Assembly (NCBI GenBank): GCA_965202615.1
Contig: OZ241837.1
Span: 3,343,156 to 3,407,155 of the forward strand
DNA: 64,000 nt
Reading direction: 5' to 3'
DNA from: Arenicellales bacterium
Lineage (GTDB): Bacteria > Pseudomonadota > Gammaproteobacteria > Arenicellales > JAJDZL01
Each line of letters starts with the position of its first letter. The stretch's first letter is position 1. Under the pieces are notes generated by a model. That model was not told the origin of the DNA, made no database searches, and saw only the letters and a program-made list of their open reading frames with translations. Made by a program: the position numbers and the translations under genes. Below are positions 27,925-37,483 of the stretch, one piece after another.

Positions 27925-28816
27925 TTCTCGAAAACAGTGTCTTGATCCTGTGCACCCTTTCCTCATCCAGCAAACCGCGCGGCATGAAGATCAATAGTAT
28001 TGCCACCAATCCACCAAACACGATCATCCGATAGCCTTGAATGAATCGCACCGCTTCCAGGAACCCGATGTCGAATACGACGCCAATCAACGGTCCGAAC
28101 ACAGTGCCCAGCCCTCCGATCAAACCGTATGCCAATGCATGCACACCCAGCATCACGTTGAAGAACTGCGGTTCAACATAGGTGGTAAAGTGGGCATAGA
28201 GTGCACCACCGATTCCAGCAACTGCGCCTGCCAGACCCGCTGACAGGATGCGATAGCGAATCGTATTCAATCCTTGCATTTCGGTCAGCAGATCGTCTGA
28301 GCCGAGCATTCTGAATATTGATCCCAGCCGAGAACGCTCAATGAGGAACAATACGACAAGAACCAGGGTGAGCAATCCATAAATCAGAACCATGAACTCG
28401 ACCAGGCTGATGTCACGTTCAAACATCCAACGAATGCCGTGAAATCCATCCGCTCCCATTGGACCCACCAAATCTCCGTCGACTTCAACCTGAACGTCAA
28501 CAATCAGCAGCGTCAAACGCACCATTTCCGCAAATGCCAAAGTTGAAATTGAAAAATACATCCCACTCAGTCGCAGAGTCAACGCGCCGACCACCATGGC
28601 TGTCAACCCCGCCACCAAGGCACCGACGAGTATTGCGACCCAGATTGGAAATGAAAGCATAGCTGTCATCATTCCTGCAGCATAAGCGCTAAGCCCAAAG
28701 TACGCTTGCTGACCGAACGATATTTCACCGGTAATCAGCAGCAGGTAGGCTGAAATCGCCAGGAACGCAATCATCCCGATATTGCATATGACATTGATCA
28801 CGTAGATGTCCATCAT
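27896..28816 (-). CDS. ABC transporter permease (LivM-like), set 1
   Basis: 306-aa polytopic protein in the canonical H-M-G-F order. Confidence 0.8.
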   Translation of the reverse strand: MMDIYVINVICNIGMIAFLAISAYLLLITGEISFGQQAYFGLSAYAAGMMTAMLSFPIWVAILVGALVAGLTAMVVGALTLRLSGMYFSISTLAFAEMVRLTLLIVDVQVEVDGDLVGPMGADGFHGIRWMFERDISLVEFMVLIYGLLTLVLVVLFLIERSRLGSIFRMLGSDDLLTEMQGLNTIRYRILSAGLAGAVAGIGGALYAHFTTYVEPQFFNVMLGVHALAYGLIGGLGTVFGPLIGVVFDIGFLEAVRFIQGYRMIVFGGLVAILLIFMPRGLLDEERVHRIKTLFSRNEHARTQGY

Positions 28817-29716
28817 TTAAACTCTTCGAAAAACGAGTTCCTCACGATTCAGAATTCGTTGTCCCAGCAGGCCGCCGGGTCGCAGAATCAGCATGACGAA
28901 AAGCAGCAGGTATGCACTCAGATCTTTGTATTCATTGCCCAAGTACCACAGCGCATGGGCTTCCACAATGCCAAGCAGCAATCCGCCCAGTATCGCGCCT
29001 CTCAAGGAGCCCATACCACCCAGCATCATCGCGATCAGGCCTTTGAACGTAATCCAAAGCCCGAAAAAAGGTGTTATTTGTTGATCCGTCGTCAAAATCG
29101 CAAATCCGGCAACACCCCCGACAACTGAAACCAATGCAAATGCACAGATCATGACCAAGGTCGAATTGACACCCATATAAACCGCGGCAAGCGGATTTTC
29201 AGAGATTGCCCGCAATGCCAATCCGAATTTTGTGTGGCGAAGCAGAACATGCAAAATACAAACGATGCAAACGGCCATTAGCAACATGGTTGTTTGTTCA
29301 GCTCGAAACAGGAATGGACCTAACTCAAACGAGTCGGTGACAAACAAACCGGGAAACTCGTAGGTGCGTTCAGGCAAAAGATGAATTGCAATCTCCTCCA
29401 ATTGCATCCAAATGACAAAACTGGACACCATTGAAGCAAGCGCGATGTCGCGGCGTATGGCGCGAAAACAAAGACGTTCTACATAAAGACCCACAAGTAC
29501 CGTGGCCAGAACTGTCGTTAACGCCACTGCAAGTACATGAACTTGATAGTTGACGTGTAACCAGGTCCCGACGTAAGCACCCAGCATAATGCTTGCGCCA
29601 AAAGCAAGGTTGATACGGCGCATCACACCGAATACGATGGTGAATCCTATTGCAAGCAGCGCATAGGAAGACCCGAACATCACACCGTCAACCGTATTTT
29701 GTACGAAATCAATCAC
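28817..29716 (-). CDS. ABC transporter permease (LivH-like), set 1
   Basis: 299-aa polytopic protein whose stop abuts the LivM-like start. Confidence 0.8.
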   Translation of the reverse strand: MIDFVQNTVDGVMFGSSYALLAIGFTIVFGVMRRINLAFGASIMLGAYVGTWLHVNYQVHVLAVALTTVLATVLVGLYVERLCFRAIRRDIALASMVSSFVIWMQLEEIAIHLLPERTYEFPGLFVTDSFELGPFLFRAEQTTMLLMAVCIVCILHVLLRHTKFGLALRAISENPLAAVYMGVNSTLVMICAFALVSVVGGVAGFAILTTDQQITPFFGLWITFKGLIAMMLGGMGSLRGAILGGLLLGIVEAHALWYLGNEYKDLSAYLLLFVMLILRPGGLLGQRILNREELVFRRV

Positions 29717-29741
29717 GGCGGATTATGTCAGCGAGAATTTA

Positions 29742-30455
29742 CTATTTTTTTGAGCCGAGATATGCCCGATGAATGATCTCGTCTTCTTCAAGTTCGCCCG
29801 GCGTACCTGAAAAGGTAATTTCACCCCCTTCAATCAGGTAGAACCGGTGAGCCAGTGTCAGCGCCATGCGTGCATTCTGCTCTACGAGAAAAATTGTGAC
29901 TCCCTGTGAATTCAACTCGCGAATCAAGTCAAATATCTCTTCAACAATCAGTGGTGCCAGCCCGACCGATGGTTCATCCATGAGCAATATTCTGGGACGA
30001 GCCATCAGACCTCTGGCAATGGCGAGCATCTGCTGTTCGCCTCCGGACAAAGTTCCGGCCAGTTGATTCCTGCGCTCTGCCAAGCGAGGAAATTGCTGAT
30101 ACATTCGATCGATGTCAGTCGCTAGCTCCCCTGCTTGCAGTTTCCTGGAGAACGCGCCGGCTTGGAGATTCTCTTCCACACTCATGCGTGGGAACACCAG
30201 TCGATTCTCCGGGACGAGTGCGATGCCTCGCGATACCACCTTTGCGGCTGACAGGTCTGTTACGTCATCACCGTCCAAAATTACCGAACCGGAATCTGCC
30301 TTCAAAATTCCAGCGAGAGTGAACATTGTGGTCGTCTTTCCCGCACCGTTTGGTCCGAGCATGCACGTGATCTCGCGCTCGGCGGCTTCCAGGCTGATTC
30401 CTCTGAGCACTTCAATCTTGCCGTAAGAGGTAACGAGGTTCTTTACGCTTAGCAT
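29742..30455 (-). CDS. ABC transporter ATP-binding protein (LivF-like), set 2
   Basis: Walker A GPNGAGKTT, signature LSGGEQQ and Walker B ILLMDEPS. The start at MLSVKNL is preferred. Confidence 0.85.
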   Translation of the reverse strand: MLSVKNLVTSYGKIEVLRGISLEAAEREITCMLGPNGAGKTTTMFTLAGILKADSGSVILDGDDVTDLSAAKVVSRGIALVPENRLVFPRMSVEENLQAGAFSRKLQAGELATDIDRMYQQFPRLAERRNQLAGTLSGGEQQMLAIARGLMARPRILLMDEPSVGLAPLIVEEIFDLIRELNSQGVTIFLVEQNARMALTLAHRFYLIEGGEITFSGTPGELEEDEIIHRAYLGSKK

Positions 30456-30459
30456 TTCG

Positions 30460-31218
30460 TCAGCCAGTTTCCGAAGTCTTTGTCCCCAAATAGGCTTCCT
30501 GAACAGATTGATTCTGCTGCACCTCGCCGGGCGTGCCGGTTGCAATCTTGCAGCCGAAGTTCAGTACGACAATCTTTTCGGTCACATCCATTACAAGTTC
30601 CATGACATGTTCGACCAGGACAACGGTCACGCCGGAGTCGCGTACCTTGGAGATTCGTGCGCTTAAATCTTCTATCTCTTGGTGGTTCATGCCAGCCGCC
30701 GGCTCATCAAGCAGCAACAACTTGGGGCGAGTTGACATGGCCCGGGCAAACTCCAGTCGTCTCTGCTCTCCGAATGCAAGGTTCGAGGCCAACTCATCGC
30801 TCTTGTCACTCAACCCGGCAAGTTCAAGCAACTTTGTGATGTTCTCACGCGTTTGGTGAGTCGTACCAAACCATCGAGGAAAAAATTGTTGTGCGGCTAC
30901 GTCATGCGGGGAATTCTGTGCGACCCACAAGTTCTGCCAAACCGAAAGATTCGGAAAAAGACGGATGTTCTGAAACGTGCGGGCAATTCCGGCTCGCAGG
31001 CGTTGATGCGGTGGTTTTCCATTCATCGACTGTCCGAGAAAGGTTACCGTCCCCGAGGTTTCCGGGTACACACCACAGATAAGATTGATCGTTGTGCTCT
31101 TGCCGGAACCATTCGGTCCGATCAGACCAAAAATCTCACCCTCGTTGACGGTAAAGTCCAGATCATTTACCGCTTTGACGCCGCCGAAATGTTTTGTCAG
31201 ACCACGGAGCTCAAGCAT
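30460..31218 (-). CDS. ABC transporter ATP-binding protein (LivG-like), set 2
   Basis: Walker A GPNGSGKST and Walker B LLLLDEPAAG. The start at MLELRGL is preferred. Confidence 0.85.
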   Translation of the reverse strand: MLELRGLTKHFGGVKAVNDLDFTVNEGEIFGLIGPNGSGKSTTINLICGVYPETSGTVTFLGQSMNGKPPHQRLRAGIARTFQNIRLFPNLSVWQNLWVAQNSPHDVAAQQFFPRWFGTTHQTRENITKLLELAGLSDKSDELASNLAFGEQRRLEFARAMSTRPKLLLLDEPAAGMNHQEIEDLSARISKVRDSGVTVVLVEHVMELVMDVTEKIVVLNFGCKIATGTPGEVQQNQSVQEAYLGTKTSETG

Positions 31219-32125
31219 TGGTTTTACCCCGATTTTCCAGCCCGACTGCACGCTTCAGGACTTGCATGGTACGAGCGTCAAACAGACCTGAGGGTTTCAG
31301 GTTCATCGCAATCACAATCAGCAATCCGAACGCTATGTTGCGCCAGTCACCCAAAAATCTCAAACCCTCCACCAGTATGCCCTGAATGAATATGACTGCA
31401 ACCAATGTTCCAAACACGCTTCTGAGACCACCCAGAATCGGATAGGAAATCGCGAATGTTGCAAGCAATACGGTAAATGTCAAATGATCAACGTAGGTCG
31501 CTGTATGAGCATACAGACCGCCACCGATACCTGCAATGAAACCTCCTGCGGTCATAGCCGACACCTTGACTGTAGTCAGGCTGATGCCAACACTCTGCGC
31601 GGCGAGTTCATCTTCTCCTACGGAACGCAACACGGCACCGGTGCGGGTTCGGTCCATCCACCACAAGAGCGCCATTACAAGGATAACGAATACCCAAACG
31701 AACATCGTGATTTCCATCGCAGACCATCCATTGGCGACGAAGTACCGAATTTCCCGAAAGCCATTGGTGCTGTCCGGTCCGACCGTGATGTCACCGCGCG
31801 GTACGCGCCAACTCAGATTGAAAAAGAACAGACGGACAAATTCGCTAAATGCGATGGTTGCAACCACCAGCATAAGCCCCTTCACACGCAACGCAGGGAA
31901 ACCCACAATGAATGCGAAGAAGGCCGCAATGATGGCGGCAATCAATAGAGCCGGCAGAATCGGCAACTCAAAAATAACGGTAAGGATTCCTGCCGAATAG
32001 GCGCCGATTGCGAAAAATCCCGCCTGTCCAAGTGAGAGCTGCCCGGTCAGCATCAGGATGTATGCGGACAACCCCAGGAGGGTGTGAATTCCGATCAGTT
32101 GGATGAGTCCGAGGTAATATGACAT
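31211..32125 (-). CDS. ABC transporter permease (LivM-like), set 2
   Basis: Polytopic membrane protein. The start at MSYYLGL (32125) is preferred over 32218. Confidence 0.8.
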   Translation of the reverse strand: MSYYLGLIQLIGIHTLLGLSAYILMLTGQLSLGQAGFFAIGAYSAGILTVIFELPILPALLIAAIIAAFFAFIVGFPALRVKGLMLVVATIAFSEFVRLFFFNLSWRVPRGDITVGPDSTNGFREIRYFVANGWSAMEITMFVWVFVILVMALLWWMDRTRTGAVLRSVGEDELAAQSVGISLTTVKVSAMTAGGFIAGIGGGLYAHTATYVDHLTFTVLLATFAISYPILGGLRSVFGTLVAVIFIQGILVEGLRFLGDWRNIAFGLLIVIAMNLKPSGLFDARTMQVLKRAVGLENRGKTNA

Positions 32126-32126
32126 G

Positions 32127-33023
32127 TCAGTCGCGGTCAATCGCCGTTCCAAAAATTCCCTGTGGTCTGAACACGAGGAAAATAAACAACAGGAGAAGTA
32201 CGTACATGTCTCGTTCATTCACGCCGCGGAAATACAGAAACAGGTTCTCGAACCCACCGACCAGCAAACCAGCGATAATTGCCCCGGGAATTGACCCGAG
32301 GCCGCCCATGACCGTAACAATCAAACCTTTGACCGTCAGGGGTATCGTAATCAAAGGCGACAATATTCCCACTGCAGAAGCGGTCATTGCTCCGGCGACT
32401 CCACCGAGCAAACCGGCCAGCACAAAGGTTGTGGCGTTGGTCCTGTGGACATCGATTCCGCAAAGCTCAGCGGCCGTATCCTGCTGGGAAACTGCACGTG
32501 TCGCTAAACCGAGCTGAGTTCGGTACAGTACATACAGCAGGCCAATGGTGCTAAGCAGGCTGATCAATAGAACGAACAGCAGGTCGCCTCGAATTCCAAA
32601 CGGCCCTACTTCGAGCATCACATCGTCAAACAGAGCGGGAAATGTGAGCGGGGAGCCCGCGGTTGCATGGATGATGATCTCATCGATCAGGAACAATGCT
32701 CCGATCGAAGCCATCAAGGCAGCCAGGTGACTGTTGATCGGTATGTACCTGAAACAGGTTACATACACGATGAAGCCGATAAAACCGGAAGCAACAGCTG
32801 AAATCACGAACACCAGGGGTGGTGGCGCATCAATGAATACGAATGCGGCGAGACCGACATAGGCTCCCGCCAATGACGCGGCTGCGTAAGTCATATTGAG
32901 CTTACGCATGGCACCAAAAATGAGGGTAAAACCTATCCCGACCAGGGCATAGGTTGTTCCAAACAGCAAGCCGTCGCCAATGGTTTGGGTAACCTCGATA
33001 AACTCAAACCAGAAATCACTCAT
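32127..33023 (-). CDS. ABC transporter permease (LivH-like), set 2
   Basis: 298-aa polytopic protein, only distantly similar to the set-1 LivH-like protein by eye. Confidence 0.8.
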   Translation of the reverse strand: MSDFWFEFIEVTQTIGDGLLFGTTYALVGIGFTLIFGAMRKLNMTYAAASLAGAYVGLAAFVFIDAPPPLVFVISAVASGFIGFIVYVTCFRYIPINSHLAALMASIGALFLIDEIIIHATAGSPLTFPALFDDVMLEVGPFGIRGDLLFVLLISLLSTIGLLYVLYRTQLGLATRAVSQQDTAAELCGIDVHRTNATTFVLAGLLGGVAGAMTASAVGILSPLITIPLTVKGLIVTVMGGLGSIPGAIIAGLLVGGFENLFLYFRGVNERDMYVLLLLFIFLVFRPQGIFGTAIDRD

Positions 33024-33240
33024 GACCTGACACTACTTTGCACCGACATCAACCGGTACCATCAAAATTTGGTCGATGATACCGGTCGACTATTCTGTTG
33101 AGGTAATCAAGTGTCGCGGGCGGATACACGCATCAGCGAACAAACGCTTCACGGATTCCGGTTCCCTCGAACTCAATCCTTGATACTTCAGTGCAACCAA
33201 AAATTCAGGGGGTTCCTAGAGTTTGGTCACTGTTTGCAAT

Positions 33241-34521
33241 CTAACGGGGATCGTAAACAACTTTCCATTCACTGCTTTGGGCTTGCACGAAAACAAACGG
33301 TTTCACCGACTCGCCCTCATCTTGAATTCTTGAGATCTCGCCCATCAGTCCATCTACGCTGGATAGTGCTTCAAGGCCATCACGGACTTTTCTGCGATCT
33401 TCCATCAGGGTATCGGGATTGGCCATCACGCCGGATGATTCGACAACCTGTTTGATGATATGTGCATTTTCCCAAGCTGCGGCACTGTGCAAGTCCGCAG
33501 CTCCACCATTGGCTTCCGCCAAGGAGGCAACGTTGGCTGCGGCTGGAGTGATCGGCGCAAACCCGGTCGGAATGTAGATTCCTTCCGCCGCATCAGCACA
33601 TCCTTTAAGGGTTTCAGCACTTGATGAACTTGTCAGTCCCACCAGCACTGTCGGCTTGATTCGCTGACGCTTCATTTCCTTCAGCATGCCACAGGTTGTA
33701 AACGGATGCGATGAGACGATCATCATGTCCGCGCCTGATTTCTTGAAGGCTCTGGCCTGAACAGAAAAGTTCGTATCAGCCAATAGCCAGTTGGATGATT
33801 TGGAAACCTCCAATACATTTTCATAGCCTTCTCTGACTGCGCCTGTGACACCTTCAATGCCGCCGCCAACCCATTCGAACCCGTGCTTTTTAGCCATCGG
33901 AACGATGACAATCGCAAATGTCAGTTTCGAATGAGCCTGGTCGGTTTCAGTGCCACCATAGATGGTTTTCACATCCGGATATTGTCCACGCAACCATTTG
34001 AACATCTCATCATACATCGTGATTTCGTTCGGAACGTTACGAAACGTCCACTGCGACTTTTTGGCAAGTCCCGGACGTATTGCAGTATCGGTCAGGATTG
34101 GGAATTGCAACCCTGTATCGGCTGCGTCGTCGACAGTCTTCTGAAAAATTCCATACATGGCTGCAGCCGCACCGGAACAGGTCGGACCAATTCCGATCAA
34201 CGCTTCAGTTTGCGATTCGACTTTACGTGCGACCGAAATTGCCTGATCTGCATTGCAGGCAGAATCATAGTATGTCATTTCCATCGGTACCATGGTACCG
34301 TCACCGAGTTTTACACCACCGGATTCGTTAATAGCCGCTACAGCGGCTTTTAGTACTGCTTCAGAGTTCACGCCGAATGATCTTAGCGGACCAGATTTGG
34401 CTCCCCAACCAGCAATTTTTACGGTACGGTCATCAGCAACGAGTTCCTGTGAGACCATTAGAGATGCCATCACAAAAAAACCGGCTAACGCCGAAACGAT
34501 GAACTTTCCTTTTTTGAACAT
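33241..34521 (-). CDS. Liv-type (Peripla_BP_6) ABC substrate-binding protein
   Basis: Signal/anchor MFKKGKFIVSALAGFFVMASLMV and about 425 aa. It is the first gene of the nine-gene transporter string. Confidence 0.8.
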   Translation of the reverse strand: MFKKGKFIVSALAGFFVMASLMVSQELVADDRTVKIAGWGAKSGPLRSFGVNSEAVLKAAVAAINESGGVKLGDGTMVPMEMTYYDSACNADQAISVARKVESQTEALIGIGPTCSGAAAAMYGIFQKTVDDAADTGLQFPILTDTAIRPGLAKKSQWTFRNVPNEITMYDEMFKWLRGQYPDVKTIYGGTETDQAHSKLTFAIVIVPMAKKHGFEWVGGGIEGVTGAVREGYENVLEVSKSSNWLLADTNFSVQARAFKKSGADMMIVSSHPFTTCGMLKEMKRQRIKPTVLVGLTSSSSAETLKGCADAAEGIYIPTGFAPITPAAANVASLAEANGGAADLHSAAAWENAHIIKQVVESSGVMANPDTLMEDRRKVRDGLEALSSVDGLMGEISRIQDEGESVKPFVFVQAQSSEWKVVYDPR

Positions 34522-34864
34522 ATCTAGCTCCAGTTTATGTTTGAGCACATCAGTCAACAACGCAATGCTTCCTGCGACTCAGAATTATTTGAATTTTTGT
34601 TAATTTCACCAAAATCTTCAATTAAGGATAATTCCATATTCTACATGATTTATGCAGGATCAAAAATTAATGCCGGACAAACTGAAGTCCATCGAGTTCG
34701 GAAAGAGCATGATCAGTGAATTACACTGTCTCAATGGCCATCGTGCTTTTGCCAAGTTTGTTTGCCATGTACCAACTGCGTTATCTCGCAGCTGAATTCC
34801 AAATGACGTCAGACAGGCCACCAGTGAAGCGGTCTAAGTGAGGAATAAATTAATTCCGCACAAA

Positions 34865-35257
34865 TCAAACGTGTGCGAATTTTGCGATTGCAATACCCGC
34901 GATACAAGCCAAAATTGACAATCCGGCAGAACCAAAAGCAAACAACAAGCCCTCCGCAATTCGGCCTTGCTGGAACAGCATCCAACATTCTAGCGAATAG
35001 GCGGAAAATGTTGTGTAGCCGCCAAGAAACCCGGTCATCAGGAAAGCAGTATGGCGTCCGGTCTCACCGCTCAACCCACCCAACATGACAAACAGGATAC
35101 CGACCGCAAATGATCCGGCGACGTTAACCGCGAGAGTTCCGTACGGGAAACCGCTTCCAAGTACCCTGACCAGTGCGATTCCTGTCACATACCGGCCAAC
35201 AGCGCCCAGTGCACCGCCTATTGCAACCTGCAGGATTGTCCAGCCCATCACACCCAA
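34865..35257 (-). CDS. crcB: Fluoride ion channel CrcB/FluC
   Basis: 130-aa four-TM protein with GGALGAVGRY and GFLGGYTTFS motifs. Confidence 0.9.
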   Translation of the reverse strand: MGVMGWTILQVAIGGALGAVGRYVTGIALVRVLGSGFPYGTLAVNVAGSFAVGILFVMLGGLSGETGRHTAFLMTGFLGGYTTFSAYSLECWMLFQQGRIAEGLLFAFGSAGLSILACIAGIAIAKFAHV

Positions 35258-35311
35258 TAATGTCCAATTGTTGAATTTATGAGAGTTTTTAGTTTAATTC
35301 TATTTCTTTAA

Positions 35312-36061
35312 TTACTGTTTTATTTGGTTTATATCCCTCGTATCGCTCTTCATGTAACGTCTCCACACACTCCCTTTGTCGCTCTGCAAATCGAGATTAT
35401 CGAGAATTTTTTGGTGCATTTTCAACTCTTCCTGATTTGCTTTGATGACAACGACGTTCACGGGAGCAGTCCGCTTTTCAGCGGTTCGTTGCTGAACAGC
35501 CCCAGATCCAGTATCTACAAGGGACCCAAAGTCGATCGCAGTCTGTCCGCCGGTTAAAGCAAGATATACATCGACCAGAATCTCGGCGTCCTGGCGGGCG
35601 CCATGCAATGATCTTGCCGACAAATCGACGCCGAATTCGTTTGCCAAAGCATCCAGGCTGTTGCGACGTCCCGGGCGTTGATCCCGTGCGATTTCAAGTG
35701 TATCGACAATTTCACAAACGGAACGAATATCTGGGTATTCCGGATTGGCACCTTGAAACTCACTATCCAGGAATCCCAGATCAAACGACGCATTGTGAAT
35801 AATCAACTCTGAGCCTTTGATAAACTCGTACAGTTCTTCGGCTACGTCAGCAAATCTTGGTTTGGTTGCCAGGAATTCATTGTCGATGCCATGCACCTCC
35901 AGAGCGCCCTGCTCAACTTCTCGCTCAGGGTTAACATAGTGATGCAGACTGGTTCCCGTTTTTACCCTTGAACTGAGTTCAATGCAGGCAAACTCGATGA
36001 TGCGATGACCATCTCTGACTTCCAGGCCAGTTGTTTCGGTATCGAGTACGACTTGCCTCAC
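35312..36061 (-). CDS. dnaQ: DNA polymerase III epsilon subunit (3'-5' exonuclease)
   Basis: Exo I VLDTETTG, Exo II HNASFDLGF and Exo III HGARQDAEIL. The GTG start overlaps the rnhA stop (GTGA). Confidence 0.9.
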   Translation of the reverse strand: MRQVVLDTETTGLEVRDGHRIIEFACIELSSRVKTGTSLHHYVNPEREVEQGALEVHGIDNEFLATKPRFADVAEELYEFIKGSELIIHNASFDLGFLDSEFQGANPEYPDIRSVCEIVDTLEIARDQRPGRRNSLDALANEFGVDLSARSLHGARQDAEILVDVYLALTGGQTAIDFGSLVDTGSGAVQQRTAEKRTAPVNVVVIKANQEELKMHQKILDNLDLQSDKGSVWRRYMKSDTRDINQIKQ

Positions 36062-36519
36062 GAAGAAGCACCTGGAATTGCGTTGCGAGCCAACTCATCC
36101 GCTCTTTCGTTCCATTCATCGCCGCTATGTCCCTTCACCCATTTCCAATGAACCTGATGCAGTGAATTCAAACGGTCCAATTCCTTCCACAAGTCGACAT
36201 TCTTGACATTTCCTTTGCGGTTGCTCAGTTTCCAGTCCGACCGTTTCCAACGGAATATCCATTGGGTAATACCGTTTTTTACATAGGTTGAATCGGTGTA
36301 CAAACTGATTTCGGATTTTCTCTTGAGCACTCGCAAGGCTTCGATCGTCGCGATGAGCTCCATCCGATTGTTCGTGGTGTACTTTTCACCACCGGAGATT
36401 TCCTTGACATGACCGTTCCAAATCAACACCGCACCCCATCCCCCAGGGCCGGGGTTGCCGGAACAGGCACCATCCGTATAGATGGTCAGTTTTGGATTTG
36501 TAATTTTGCTGCCGTCCAA
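36058..36519 (-). CDS. rnhA: Ribonuclease HI
   Basis: IYTDGACSGNPGPGGWG, TTNNRMEL, YTDSTYV and a C-terminal HSGDEWNERADELA. Confidence 0.9.
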   Translation of the reverse strand: MDGSKITNPKLTIYTDGACSGNPGPGGWGAVLIWNGHVKEISGGEKYTTNNRMELIATIEALRVLKRKSEISLYTDSTYVKNGITQWIFRWKRSDWKLSNRKGNVKNVDLWKELDRLNSLHQVHWKWVKGHSGDEWNERADELARNAIPGASS

Positions 36520-36564
36520 TTTGTGTTCGTTCCGCCGTGTCCGGCTTGTTTTTGTGTCAACCGA

Positions 36565-37296
36565 CTAGTACTCCAGACCAAAACGACGGTTTCTGAGTCG
36601 GTAACGGGAAAAATCTGGCTTTATTCTAATTCCCAACTCGCGTTTGCGGGACGCCAATACGTATACCGAACCAAAAGCCGGCCACCATCGCGCTCCCGCA
36701 GTTTCAAAATTTGCCATGCGTTTGATGTGATTTGCCTGGCTTACAGGGGGTCTGAAAAATGCAAATTCTCCGGCAAATATCTCGAATTCAAGCAAAGCCA
36801 GCCATTCTCGAACTCGATGAACCGGGCGAAAATCGGCACTATTCAGTGTCGAACCGGTGAACCGCCGCAACCGCTTCTTCAAATTCAGCATGCTCTGGGG
36901 GTTAAACCCGGTGATCAACAGCACGCCGCTTGAGGTAACGCATTCCGCTGCTTCACGCAACACATCATGAGGATACTCACTGAATTCCAACACATGGGGC
37001 AATATCAAAAGATCAACTGAACTGGAACCAAACGGCAACAACTCCCCCTGAGCAATCACTGAATTGTCGATATGTAGAGCAGACTCAGTCGCTGCTCTAC
37101 ATTGCATGAGCGATTCAGTTTGGCTGAAATATTCCAAGTTCAAGGGACCTTCGACCTGCACACAGACACGATAGAACCGTCTGGGCAGTATGCGGGAGAT
37201 GACCTCGATTTCGGATTCAATGATGGTTCGTCCCAATGCAGATTGGTACCAGTTTGCGACACTGATTTGCGGACTTGATTCCCGAGCAAGTGGCAT
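36565..37296 (-). CDS. Class I SAM-dependent methyltransferase (YafS-like, rnhA-adjacent)
   Basis: Methyltransferase-fold region (VDLLILPHVLEF...GVLLITGFNP) in the position next to rnhA seen in other gammaproteobacteria. The start at MPLARE is preferred. Confidence 0.6.
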   Translation of the reverse strand: MPLARESSPQISVANWYQSALGRTIIESEIEVISRILPRRFYRVCVQVEGPLNLEYFSQTESLMQCRAATESALHIDNSVIAQGELLPFGSSSVDLLILPHVLEFSEYPHDVLREAAECVTSSGVLLITGFNPQSMLNLKKRLRRFTGSTLNSADFRPVHRVREWLALLEFEIFAGEFAFFRPPVSQANHIKRMANFETAGARWWPAFGSVYVLASRKRELGIRIKPDFSRYRLRNRRFGLEY

Positions 37297-37483
37297 TGAA
37301 ACTTCTGAACTGTTCCTTCTGTCAAACTTTGAAATTTGTCCAAATTTTTGGCCAGTCTCGTATATATTACTCACAAAAACCCGCAATGCTCAGACACCTT
37401 TTTGCGAAGGTGCTCTTACTCTCAATCTGCAACGTTCACCTCCAATTTCATTAATTTTACTGCTTCGGATTGTTTGTCAACCT

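Noticed and set aside
35258-35311. Fluoride riboswitch upstream of crcB
   Set aside because: Only about 54 nt separate crcB from the dnaQ stop. That sequence is A+T-rich and has none of the conserved crcB-motif segments.
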